DNA of 64,000 bases, from contig NC_058368.1 in NCBI RefSeq assembly GCF_018350175.1, positions 229,154,001-229,218,000 on the forward strand, in the 5' to 3' direction. The translations under genes and the position numbers were made by a program. The notes beneath the pieces were generated by a model that was given only the letters and a program-made list of their open reading frames with translations, made no database searches and was not told the origin of the DNA. Numbering within the stretch: position 1 is the stretch's first letter; every line of letters begins with the position of its first letter. This document shows positions 52,149 to 64,000 of this stretch, in pieces. Source of the stretch: Felis catus. Taxonomy: Eukaryota.

Positions 52149-52625
52149 TCTTTCCTTCAGTAATAGATACCTAATGGGTGTGAGGTGGTATCTCATTTGA
52201 TTTCATTTTTTACTATTATTTTAATGTATTATAATTCTACATATATTTAGCGCCCCCATATATTACTAGTTAATACTCATTTACATTTATCCATGTATTT
52301 ACCATTATAATATTTTATTTTTTCTTGCTCCATGATTCCATCTGTGATGATGTATTTTCAACCCAAAGAATTCTCTGTAGTATTTCTCTCAGTATAACAA
52401 TGTGGACAAGTGAATTCACAAATTTCCATTATGAATATGTATCAATTTTTAATTCATTTTTGAAAGATATATTAGTGGGTATAAAATTATGGCCTAGAAG
52501 TTATTGTATTTCAGCACTTTAAGAATGTCATTCTACTGTCTTCTCTCATCAACAAGGTTTTATCATTCCTCTTGAGAACTTGACTACCTTATCACTGATC
52601 CAGTAATCTGGATTATACTTCTGTC

Positions 52626-52835
52626 TTTTTTTTATGTTTATTTATTTTTGAGAGTGAGAGAGATAGAGCATGAGTGGGAGAGAGGCAGAAAGAGAGGGAG
52701 ACAGAGAATTGGAAGCAGGCTCCAGGCTCTAAGCTGTCATCACAGAGCCTGATGTGGGGCTCAAACCCATGGACTGTGAGATCATGACCTGAGCGGAAGT
52801 CAGCCTTTTAATGGATGGAGCCACCCAGGTGTCCT
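52626..52835 (-). mobile_element. Can-SINE
   Basis: Antisense full-length body. Confidence 0.93.
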
Positions 52836-54884
52836 TCTATCTCTGTCTTTTTAAAAATGTTTTTCTTTTTCTTTTCTTTTTTTTGAAGGTTCCCCTCTCA
52901 TTTTCTAAGATTTATGTTTTTGCTGTTGTTGTTCTGGTCCCGGGGAGTTATTTTTAACCTTGCTTTTAGCTTAATATCTTTTATCAGTCTTAGAAAATTA
53001 TCCGTTAGCACTCTTAAAATATTGCCTCTATCATCTTCTCTATCCTTTTTAAACTCAAGTTAATATATGTTAGAAATCTTATCTGTGTCCCCTATGTCTG
53101 TGATTTACTTTTTCTGTGTTTCTCTACTTGCTTTGCACAAAAATTTTCACTGAATACTGGACATCATGCATAAAAAATTATACAAGTATTTTAAAGGCTA
53201 TTTCAGTTATGCCCCTTACTCCAGCGGTTTGAACCGTCTGTGTTCTCAGTTGAAGCCCTTCAGTAGAGCTTTACTCCATTAGTGTTTATCACGACCTCCA
53301 ATCTCTGCCTTCCCTGTATTATATACCTGCTGCTGTCTCTACTATGTTTTTCTTTAGATTCTTTTCTGCTCTTTTGTGTTTGATTCCTAGGAGTCTCACA
53401 TCTTTGCATCCCGGAGTAGCCCTGGAGTAAATTATGTATGGAATCTGGGGCTCACTTCCCTGAGATTGTCTTTTTCTAGATATCTCAGCGTTTCTCAACT
53501 ACTTGGCAGCTTCAGACTCTTAACCTTTGTCTCCTCAGACCCATACAATTGCCAATAATGAATTGGCAAATGCCCCAAGGGGAAAAATAGAAGGCTAATG
53601 TGGTACAACCACTGTTTGCTCCTCTTTGCTCTGAAATTTTAACATTTATTGATCCTTGCTGTCCAATGCCTTCAAATGTTTTGGGGGTTCTTTGTTTGTT
53701 TATTTTGTTTTTTTGTTTTATTTTTTTCTGTTTTATCAAACTTTTACTTTGTATTTGAGAGAAAGAAGCAGTCATTCCACAGTTCTTTATTAAAGTCATA
53801 CGATACCAGTAACTGTCACCTGTTTTCAACAGTTTATAAATTTAAGTATTCACATGCTCTACACATTTTCTAAATGAATGCTTAACAGTGAAATTAGTTA
53901 ACTTATATTTTCAGTTAAGTCTTTGTAAATATTCTCTGGAGATGTGTGTCCACATGTCCATTTTCTTTTGTTAAACTCTATCCATTTGAAGATGTGCTCA
54001 TAAATTACAAATGTATCATTATTAATGGTAACAAAGAAATCTCTAGTTACAAAATTTTTCCATATATTTGGGAAAAAAATCCATGTCTCACAAACTTTTT
54101 TTTCAGCAAAAGTTTTTATTATCTTTATATTTCTAAACTACCTTATTGTTATTTATTGGAGTTCAGCTTGTTTTATTATTATTTTTTGTATCTTGTAAAG
54201 AAAATCACAGAATTTTCCTTTCAGTTTCCCCTATGCCAGGTTTATTATATTCCCTTTCTGATGTTTAAAGTAAATGCTATATTTCCCAGTCTGTCAATCA
54301 TGAATGATTTGTCTTTGCTGTCATATCAAATAAAACCAATTACAGCAAATGAGAGGTGATGCCTTTATCTAGTATGTCCCTAAAGTCTCTACGATGACTG
54401 TACCTTTGTATGAAGTTTAGACTATGAATAGCTAGTCATATGTCACTAGGTTACCTAGATATAGTTTACCAGAATTATGTCCCCCTTATATGATATTTTG
54501 AGTGAGAATGTACAGAAAGGTTGAATTCTTATTTTCTGAGTTTTTTTAAGGAAAAAATGCAAATGTTAAACAAAAACAGTAACTCCAACCTCACCATGGC
54601 TAATATTATCTTACTTTACAGTTAATTTTATTGGTAAATACAAATATGTACAACTAATTATATATTTTATTTATAAGGAATACATGTCACAAAATATGTG
54701 ACTGCTGTAGATCTAAAATTAATTATCTGCTATGTCTATATTATCTCTTATAATATTTTTAGCTGAACCCATACGTTATTTTTGATGGAAAACAAAAACA
54801 ATTTTCTATATACAGTAGCACACTTCAGTATCTGCTATGAATGTTTATTGCTGCAAATATTTTTATTTTTAAATGTTTATTTAT

Positions 54885-55101
54885 TAAAAAAATTTTTTAA
54901 CGTTTATTTATTTTTGAGACAGAGAGAGACAGAGCATGAACATGGGAGGGGCAGAGAGAGAGGGAGACACAGAATCTGAAACGGGCTCCAGGCTCTGAGC
55001 GGTCAGCACAGAGCCCGACGTGGGGCTCGAACTCACGGACTGTGAGATCATGACCTGAGCCGAAGTCGGATGCTTAACCGACTGAGCCACCCAGGCGCCC
55101 C
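54885..55101 (-). mobile_element. Can-SINE (younger) nested in the tail of the next SINE
   Basis: CpG-rich copy flanked by 'ttaaatgttt'. Confidence 0.95.
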
Positions 55102-55346
55102 TTAAATGTTTTTTTTTAATTTTGTTAATGTTTATTTATTTTTGAGAGAGAGTGACAGAGAGATAGATAGAGATAGATAGAGCACAAGCAGAGGAGGGGC
55201 AGAAAGAGAGAGAGGAAGAAACAGAATCCAAAGCAGGCTCCAGGCTCTGAGCTGTCAGCACACAGCCCAATGCGGGGCTCAAACCCACAAACCGTGAGAT
55301 CATGACCTGAGCCGAAGTCAGACATTTAAGTGACTGAGCCACCCCC
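55102..55346 (-). mobile_element. Can-SINE (slightly 5'-truncated)
   Basis: Antisense body. Outer 'gcaaatattttt' is repeated at about 54853 and 55347. Confidence 0.92.
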
Positions 55347-55535
55347 GCAAATATTTTTAAAAAGCAATTAACAGCAACTTAAATAAGTGATGATTTGTCT
55401 CCGGTAAATATATAGACAGAGGCAGTGGAAGCCGATGACTCACTAGTTTAACAGTGTTCAATGTAGAGCTATTACTTGGTCTTTCTCTCATGCTTGTTAA
55501 AGGATAACACTGTTAGCTTTAAACATGTCCGTATG

Positions 55536-56300
55536 TGTGATATTGGGATTGGCCTTCTGCTCTTTTCTGGCATAGAGCTCCTAAAATCTTTGGAATTTCC
55601 TAAGTGATGAGAGCAATAAAGGTGTCTCTTGTTATGTTAAAGAGATAACTTTTGGACTCTGTCTCAGGATGGGGGCTAACCATAACCTTGGGATTAGAGG
55701 CTTGGAACTTTCCATCAGCCCCTTGACATCCTGGGATGGGTGAGGGATTGCAGGTTGAATCACCTGCCAATGGCCAATGATTTAATTAATCATGCCTGTG
55801 TAACGAAGGCTCTGGAACCCAAAATGATGTAGTTCAGAGAGCTTCCAGGCTGGTGAACACACATAGAGATTCCCAGAGAGTGGTGACTGAGAGACGGCAC
55901 TAAAGCACCAAGTCTTCTCTCCATACCTTGCATCTCTTTCATTTGGCTGTTCCTGAGTTATATCCTTTTATATTAAAAAAAAAAAAAAAGTGGTGTAGTA
56001 AGTAAAATTCTCTGAGTTATGTAAACTCCTCTAGCAAATTAATCAAACCCAAGGACAGACTCATAGGAATCCTCGATGTGTATAACCAGTTGGTCAGAAA
56101 CACAGGTGACAATCTGGAGTTGCAACTGGCATCTGATGGGTGGAGGTAAGATGGGCAGCCTTGTAGGACTGGGCCCTCTCCCTGTGGAATCCAGTAATGT
56201 CAGAATTGAGTTGGATTCTTGGACACCCAGTTGGTCTCTGAGGATTGTTTGTTGCATGTGGAGGTAATTTTCCACATATACACAAACACATTGAAATGGG
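55536..56300 (+). mobile_element. MER21-family solo LTR
   Basis: 'tctggcatagagctcctaaaatctttggaatttcctaagtgat...ggcttggaactttc...gccaatggccaatgatttaattaatcatgcct...gagcttccaggctggtgaacac...ctctagcaaattaatcaaaccc...gtcagaattgagttg...ggacacccagttgg'. Confidence 0.8.
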
Positions 56301-57021
56301 ATCCAGGAACGCACAAGAATACACAGGGCAGCAAACAGATAGAAAATGGAAAAGAGATGACCAGTCTTCTACATGTGTGCATTAAGCGACCACCCAGAAA
56401 CCGAAAGGAGACTGAGGTTGCAAATGTTGATCTGGTACCTCAAAATCGGCAAAGGGTGTCTGCAAAACCTTTCTACACAGACAGCATTCAATTTGATTTT
56501 CTCTTTAGAATACAAATAAGATTCACTGAGTAGGGTGTTTTCAAGACACTCATTTGACAAAGAATGCACAATTCCTGACTCAAATGACTGACAAGATATA
56601 GTTGTATTCATACTTATGACAAAACATTCCAAGGAAAACTCCCATCCAAGTAGGTAGTGAGGTATGTAGGTATCACTATCACTTGAGAGGATACGTGGTT
56701 CGAGGCTCCAGGTAACGTCATCTATCATACTCCTGCCATTCTATGCAATAGCTTTATATTTATTTGAATGGGTTTATTACCTTTTAAATGTCTTTCCAGG
56801 TTTGAACATTACTCAAATATGTCTCAACTAAACAATGAATGTTTTGATTCTCAATGACATGAAAAAGACAACTCACTTTATTCATTTCTAAGAGAAAGAA
56901 GGAGATAAAACAGGGTTTATGTATGGGAATGAAGGATATTTCCCAAAAAGGAGAGTTGGCAGAGAAAATACACACATGTTGTCCATTTGACAATCACAGC
57001 CAATGCTTACTAAACTTTTAA

Positions 57022-57237
57022 ATTTTTTTTTACATTTATTTATTTTTGAGAAACAGAGTGAGACAAAGCATGAGTGGGGGAGGGGCAGAGAGAGAAGGAG
57101 ACACAGAATCTGAAGCAGGCTCCGGGCTCTGAGCAAGTGGTCAGCACAGAGCCTGATGCGGGGCTTGAACCCACAAACTGTGAGATCATGACCTGAGCCG
57201 AAGTCGGACGCTCAACCGACTGAGCCACCCAGGGGCT
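57022..57237 (-). mobile_element. Can-SINE
   Basis: Antisense body flanked by 'aaactttt'. Confidence 0.93.
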
Positions 57238-57300
57238 CTAAAACTTTTTAAATATCTAATCATCAGCTAAACAAAGTAGGAAGACCAACTCTGCAGTGAC

Positions 57301-57610
57301 TGTTCCCGACTGCATGTTTGTGGCCTCCCCAAACTCCTATGTTATTCCCCAATGTGATAGTGGTAGGAATTAGGATTAGGTGAAGTCATGAAGATGAAGC
57401 CCCCATGAATGCAATTAGCATCTTTATTAGTCATGAAAGAACTTGCCTTGCCTCTCTGGCCAGGAGAAGATACAGTGAGAAGCCGGCAAGCTAACAACCA
57501 GAAGAGGGCTCTCACAAGAATGTAATCATGCATCCAAGTCCCCATCTTGGACTTCTATTTTCCGTATCTGTGAGAAATACATTTCTGTTGTTTGTAAGCC
57601 AGTCAGTCTG
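57301..57610 (+). mobile_element. MaLR solo LTR (MLT1A-like)
   Basis: 'atgtttgtggcctccccaaactcctatgtt...gaagcccccatgaatgcaattagc...ccagaagagggctctcacaagaa...tcttggacttc...tgtgagaaatacatttctgttgtttgtaagcca'. Confidence 0.8.
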
Positions 57611-59099
57611 AAGTGACGGAGATTATTTCAAAACAAATATGTTTATGCCCATTGAAGTTTTCAAAAAAATACTCTTTCTTTATCGTTTTTTTTCACAGAT
57701 CTTGTAATTGCTGCTAGAGTTCTTAAATATTTGTGATATCAAGCTTTCACAGAATTATTATCTTTCTTTGACAACACAGAATTAACATTTAATTTAGAAG
57801 TGAGTTTTGAATTGTTTAATTTCAGTGGGACAGAAAGTCACACATTGTGTCTTTAACTAAGGTTATCTTTGTCAGCTAATCCACAGTATTTTAATTTTCA
57901 TCTCTTAGTTCAGCATGAATTTCAAATGTATATTTTAAAAATAATATGAATAAATTTAATTTACATATCTGATATTCAAGTTGCTGAGATTAAACCTTTT
58001 CTCAATCACAGAAGAAAAAAAACAGTGTCTTGAGATGAAAATCTTTTGTAGTTATTGTGCTTTTCTTCTGGGTAAAAGGAAAAAAAAGTTTATTTGGTCA
58101 GGCGGTTGGAAAAAAATCATCATTATAAGAGTCAAAATTTTATAGCAATTAGCAGATCGTTATGTACATCCACAAATGTACACACATAGACCGAAACACA
58201 AGAATAAGAATGGTAAAAATACCAGAGAAAAAAGAAATCTTATTGCTCATATTCTCTGTATGTAAAATGGGTAGAATAGTATTTTATCATTTTATATATT
58301 CAGTATTGTATTCAGAATAAAATGAGTAATAGATGTGAACATAATTTGAACATGAGTATTAATCAAGGTTTATTTTAGAACATGACGTCAGTTTTAATGG
58401 TTACTGATGATATATGAGTAAATAAATTCAGTAAACTGGAGGGGATTGACTTCAGACGGTAGTGACATAAAAAATAAATCGATTGAAAGAAATTTTATTC
58501 TGAAGAGAATAAGAAAGATATTATGGTAGGATAAGAAGTATACAATGCCAAGCAAAGAGAGTTTGAAGAACATAGAAAAAGGACCTTTTCTTTATTTACT
58601 GTTGTTTATCCTCATGCATATCATTGTACGATAAAGAATATTTGTTTAAAAAAGAAAATAACTTAATCATGGATTGCAAAGATTCAATGGACCCCCATTG
58701 ATCCCTTCAGAGAGTACAGATCAAAGTTAAATTGCTAGAATGAAGGAGAAAGTATTAGGAAAGTTGTTTGTTAATCTTTTATAGAGGTTTGTTATCAACT
58801 TTCAGATGAACAAAGGAGTCTCAAGAATTCCTTGAGAATTCCTTGCAATTGGAAATTGGCAGAGCTCTGAGAAGACAAACTCAACTGACACCAAGCTCAA
58901 TAGATATCAAACATTTACTAAGCCATTTTTGAATGTTTGGTAGTAGGAGCTTAGAGACCTAAATGCACAAAAGCACCATCCGTTAGTAATATGTTTCTGA
59001 AATTTCTTTGCAAGAGAAAGGGACAAGAAGGCCTTTCAAAGAATAATGGAATAAGCAGATGCAAGGTTATGAGGACCCTACATGGGACTAGTCTCAGAA

Positions 59100-59580
59100 A
59101 GGATGGTAAGTAGTTACGTGAACACAAAACTACGAAGTAGAGTCAAGGATGGCCAGAGAAATTTAAACTTGAGAGATGGGAAAATAATCATTTCAAAACG
59201 GAAAATTGAAAAGTCCAGAAGAATAACAGCTTTGAGAACAAAGACAGATTTAAATTGACAGAAGGGCATCCAAATGGAGACATCCCCCAAGCAGGCTGAG
59301 CTAATGGAACTCAGGAGAGAGGCCAGATATAGACATATAAATCTGAAGCAGTAAGACAAAGCCATCAGAGTGAATGAGGTTTTTGAATTACAGGATACAA
59401 AGTGTAGATCTGGGTTCAGAACTAAACTTTTTCTATAATATATTTTGGGTCAGGAAGAGAAAATTGAAATAGAAAAGAATGGTAAGAAAAAAAAAGAAAC
59501 TGAATGAGAACCAAGAGAGTGTAGAATCACAAAAAACAAGAAATATGAGTAGTTTAAGAAAGGATCTTTGTAAGTTTCAA
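59100..59580 (-). mobile_element. L2 relic
   Basis: 'catccaaatggagacatcccccaagcaggctg...ggaactcaggagagaggcc...aagccatcagagtgaatgag...gagaaccaagagagtgtagaatcacaaaa' follows the antisense L2 3' region. Confidence 0.6.
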
Positions 59581-60491
59581 TTAAAGAAGTAACTCTATCA
59601 TGTATTATGATGCATATATCTTAAAATGAATACTTGAAAATTTGTGTCATATTATTATCATCTAATAAACTAATTTTAGGGAAATAATAGAGAAATGGTA
59701 CACAGATAGAGGCAAAATATCCTTGGCAGTTTATTGGTATGCAAATATTGGTACTTAAATATTTTTGGTATTATATAAAATTACAGATAAATCATAAAAC
59801 AGTCAACGTGTAAATATTCTAAATCTAATTTTAGACTTGATATGGATAAATTCAATATGCCATACTTACAACCAGATGTTATTTCAAAAGTGCAAATTTT
59901 AAAATGAGAAAGGAATATATGTAAAATCACATTGTATGGAAGTAGATAAAATGTTATGGGAGGATGTGTGTCGGGTGCATTATGGATAGATCCAAGATTA
60001 AAACATATAACCATCAGTGCTCAGACAAGCTTCTGGTGCCCTGACACTGAAAAGCAGAGGTTTACATCATGTGCTACATTTGGAATCCAGTCCTTATTAC
60101 AACCAGTGATTCACTGATGTAGAAACAGTACTTGTTCTAAAGAATTTTCTCATACCCAGAACCTCACAATCACTTGACCCATTGAGGTATTCAAATGTTA
60201 TTTGGGACCTTAACAGAACCTCCAAGATGGTGAGTAAACACCTCCCCATGATGTCTCCACTCTGCTGAGAACTCCTTGCTTTGATCCCAGCCCATTTTAC
60301 CCCTCAAACACTTTCACTGTGATTCTTAGGGAGCAAGAACTTTTCAAACTCCTATGTAATTATTTGGTACTTGAGAAAAAATTATACTGGCACCAATATC
60401 AAATGAGGTTTGAGGGTGCTTTTCATTTTATATAATATTGAATGGGTTTTCCAAGTAAGCCACTAATGAACCCTTAAAAATGGGAATTCAA

Positions 60492-60700
60492 GGGGCGCCT
60501 GGGTGGCGCAGTCGGTTAAGCGTCCGACTTCAGCCAGGTCACGATCTCGCGGTCTGTGAGTTCGAGCCCCGCGTCGGGCTCTGGGCTGATGGCTCAGAGC
60601 CTGGAGCCTGTTTCCGATTCTGTGTCTCCCTTTCTCTCTCCCCCTCCCCCATTCATGCTCTGTCTCTCTCTGTCCCAAAAATAAATAAAAACATTGAAAA
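60492..60700 (+). mobile_element. Young felid SINE (SINEC_Fc-type), full length
   Basis: Intact CpGs. TSD 'aaaaatgggaattcaa' at about 60476-60491 and 60701-60716. Confidence 0.98.
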
Positions 60701-63700
60701 AAAAATGGGAATTCAAAAGGCCTTGATTTTGTTCCCTTCAAATTAGAAATAAACAATTACAGGTGATTTATCTGTTTTCCAAAGAAAAATGCAAAAGCAG
60801 TAAAGAGACCCAGATTTTTCAGGTCCACCAGAGTTTGTTTTAAGAAATTTTCTTACACATTTTATATATTTTTTTCAACCTGGAATATATAGGATTTTTT
60901 GGCCCCATCTTCATATATACTCATCGTAAGAGAGTCTCTAAGACTTAGCCTCACAATGACCACCTAACACTTCGTCAATAGCCTGTCCAGCTTCTTGAAA
61001 ACAGTCTCACATGTAAAATATTTCCTACTTCCAGATGTGAGCAAGAAAATGATACAGAAAAAGAAAAAAAAGAACAAAAAACAAAAGGAAGCATCTCTGT
61101 GCAGTGATCCATTTCTAGGGTTGATTTATTCCAGTGCATATAATAATATATGTAAGTACTTGAAGATCATAAAGGGGATTTAAGATTTTCCAGAAGCTCT
61201 TACCTTTTGGCCTTTGCAGCATTTTTAAAGGGATTTGACAGTGATTTGTAATTATTTTGGTAACTGTTCAGTAAAATCCCCCTCTCCTTTCAAGCAAGTT
61301 CCAACCATAGACAAAGTGGTGGATGTGATGGGAATCGAACATTAAGTGTCATTAGGAGAAAATCTACACCTCAAACTACAGATCTCACTGGTCAAGCTGG
61401 CCTGGAAACAGATGGATTGGAACCCAAAGCTATGGGTTCAGAGGACAGCACTACCCTGTGCCCTCAATTCCAAACTCAACCTCAGAATTCCTCTGGCCAC
61501 ATGAAGTTTCATGGCAACCATACAAACCCATCACAATGGAGACTAAGAAATAGCCCAGGGCATTTGCACACTTTTTTCTTTTCTATGTGGTCTGAGTGGC
61601 AGAACCATCCATCAAGTGGAAATATATTGTGCTGTGAGGTTGGAGAAAACTTAGTGAAGTTTTAAAGTGAAATAGCAAGACTGTTTGGCAGTGTGCAATT
61701 CCCCACTCTAGTCCATGACCATGAATCTATCAGACTGAGAGAAATTCTCAAACATGGAAAAGGCCAACACAAGTGTATCAAACCAGAGTGGATATTTCCT
61801 CAGACCAGTGTTGAATGAGGACATTAAGCTGAAAGTCTATAATGCATGACTGAGCCATTACTTGTAATGGTACATCATGGAATCTACAGTGTCTAGTTAA
61901 GGAACATAAAATACTCCTTAGAGTCATGAGACATGCACTGAAGTTGATATTTTTTAACCTCAGAGAGTAGTTTATAAGATGGAAATACACGGAGGTGCTT
62001 CAAAAAAATTAATTACTTTATCGGCTAATCCAAAGCATCTGTTAAGAGAAACAAAATATAAAATCTTTTCACACTTCTCTTACTCAAGACAAAAAATATT
62101 AAAAATCTATATTTTCCATTGCCCTTTAAGGGTTTCAATTTTTGTGAAGACATTGAGTGTCTTTTTAATAAAATAAGTGGTTTTGCTGACACAACATCAT
62201 GGCTTGCTGTATAGTTGTGTGATGTGGCCATGCTCCTTGTGAGGAAAATCAGGATGTGCTATGATTTTATTTTTAAGCGATCTCATAGTTTATAAGCCCA
62301 ACACAACCCACATCCTGACTATTTAGTGTTTTAGAAAAAAGACTGATGGTATTTAACATATATTAAAGATGTACACATAAAGCAGGTATACTCAGAAACA
62401 TAAATGAATAAGGATACAACGCTACTTTGTTCAAATAATCAGAAAAAAATTATGTTTCATTGATTCATTCTTTTGCTTATAGACTCACCACGCAATTTAA
62501 CACATATCATATTCTGGGTACTAGATGTTGTTAAATGAAGAATGAAAAGAATATAAATTTTCCTCATCTAATGTGATACAGTTACTGTATTTCTTCTTCT
62601 TGACCTTGATATTATAGATTTACATATGTTTGCAAGACTACTGAAGACAGAATCACAAGAAATTATTAGGGTATGAAAAACAGAGCAAGTATTTTAAGAG
62701 CTTCCCCATGTTCTATTTAATATTTACAATACCACAAACATTTACAAACACAAAACAGAGCAAAATCACTTGTGTTTTCCTAATTCAATTTTGGAAATTT
62801 AGAAACAAAAACTAAGCAGTGGCTCATTGAATGCCTAATTATTGATACAGACAACAAAATTGTATGTTGCTTTTAAAATAATTTTGAATTGCAGACAGGT
62901 ATTGATGAGAATGAGTCAGACTATGATTTAATTTTTTTTTCAAAATACTGTTGATTTTCTGATTCCTTGCTTAGAAAAATATCTGGTTGTATTTAATATG
63001 ACATTGCATTATAAAGATAAGAGGCTGGTTAAAAACTAAAGATACTAACAAATTAACTGTGTATATCCCTGTGATATTCACATTCAATTCAATAATCACA
63101 TTATGTGATACAGTATATACTTTTTAGAAAAGTAATCTTTTATAATGAGATAATGGCTCCCTTAACCTATTGAAATTGATTTAAAAAATCTGTCCTAATT
63201 AAAGTGCTTACAGACAAAGAAATTGAGTTAAAAAATTAAAGTAGTTTCCTGGACTCATTACATAATTTTTAGTGGCTCAAATATACCTTTCTAAGTGACT
63301 TATTCTAATGTGAACAGTGATGGTGAGATACCTACCCAGAATCCTTTACCATACACCTCTTTAAGCCCAGAAATTAGATCTAGATCATCATCTGGTTTAT
63401 TTTAAAGACTTTTCCTTATCCATAGCTTGATCATTCTTTTGAAAACTCTCAATATTCATGAAAATGAATTGCTATTTAATTCATTTGGTTTTGGCTTTAA
63501 GAAAACTGAGGTTCCAAAAACTGAAAGAGCTATTATGAATCACTTCCTTTCAAGTTAAAAATGACAAAGTATATATAGCCTCTAGTTTGTACTGGTTGAG
63601 AATTAAAGTGATTGCATCAGGGTTATAACTTAAATTTTTTTACCTTTGCAATGCTAAGGAATATAGACTGTTTCGTTAAACATTTGTTTCAAAGGTTTTT

Positions 63701-63839
63701 AAAAACATCACAGAGATTAATAACAAGCACTTGGAGAGTTAGGAATGCACTCTAAGTGTACAATGGAGAGTGTATGTTACATTATATATCAACAGATTTT
63801 CAGAGTAAAAAAAATAGTGTATACCTGGCTTCAAATAAG

Positions 63840-63874
63840 TATGTGTATATATATACACACACACACACACACAC

Positions 63875-63920
<46 letters not shown>

Positions 63921-64000
63921 TATATATACACTATACTATATATATATTCTCTCTCTCTCTCTCTCCATATATATATATAAATATATATATGTGTGTGTGT
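63840..64000. repeat. Compound (CA)n/(TA)n/(CT)n/(GT)n microsatellite
   Basis: Directly visible; runs to the window edge. Confidence 0.95.

Larger units (their letters stand above)
51680..53700 (-). mobile_element. Very old L1ME-like remnants (antisense), interrupted by two SINEs
   Basis: Residual antisense ORF1-region motifs 'aattcatttttgaaagatatattagtgggtataaaatt', 'ttcagcactttaagaatgtcattctactgtcttct' and 'ttttatcagtcttagaaaattatc'. Confidence 0.5.

Noticed and set aside
1..64000. ORF-track entries as genes, including recurrent peptides such as 'MAQSVKRPTSAQVMIS...SLEPASDSVSPSLS'
   Set aside because: The recurrent peptides are translations of Can-SINEs, others are L1 ORF1/ORF2 debris, and the rest are short low-complexity chance ORFs, many starting at GTG/TTG. 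None resembles a protein I recognise.
1..64000. Prokaryote-type systems (CRISPR array, operon, defence island), NUMT, or a non-retroviral endogenous viral element
   Set aside because: The DNA is mammalian. I saw no regularly spaced repeat-spacer array, no long ORF, and no recognisable mitochondrial, bornaviral, parvoviral or circoviral peptide by eye. A translated search would be needed to exclude highly decayed elements.

Overview
This is AT-rich, CpG-depleted mammalian genomic DNA, almost certainly from a cat-family (Felidae) genome. It carries about 31 tRNA-derived carnivore Can-SINEs, including four young felid SINEC_Fc-type copies. The window reads as intronic or intergenic. Much of it is interspersed repeat (Can-SINEs, L1 fragments of several ages, MaLR/ERVL/ERV1-type solo LTRs, MER20, MIR/L2 relics) plus microsatellites. 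I could not support any protein-coding gene, RNA gene, NUMT or endogenous viral element. The ORF-track entries are repeat-derived or look like chance ORFs. I found no convincing novel biological system. The most notable items are a locally CpG-retaining promoter/CTCF-like island at about 23.0-23.5 kb, a twin-primed 5'-inverted L1 at 29.3-31.1 kb, serial SINE insertions reusing one target site at 48.9-49.6 kb, a 23-bp-stem palindrome in a complex (TA)n array at 51.2-51.4 kb, and a few weak exon candidates. Repeat family names come from visual recall of consensus sequences, and boundaries are approximate unless a target-site duplication (TSD) is quoted.
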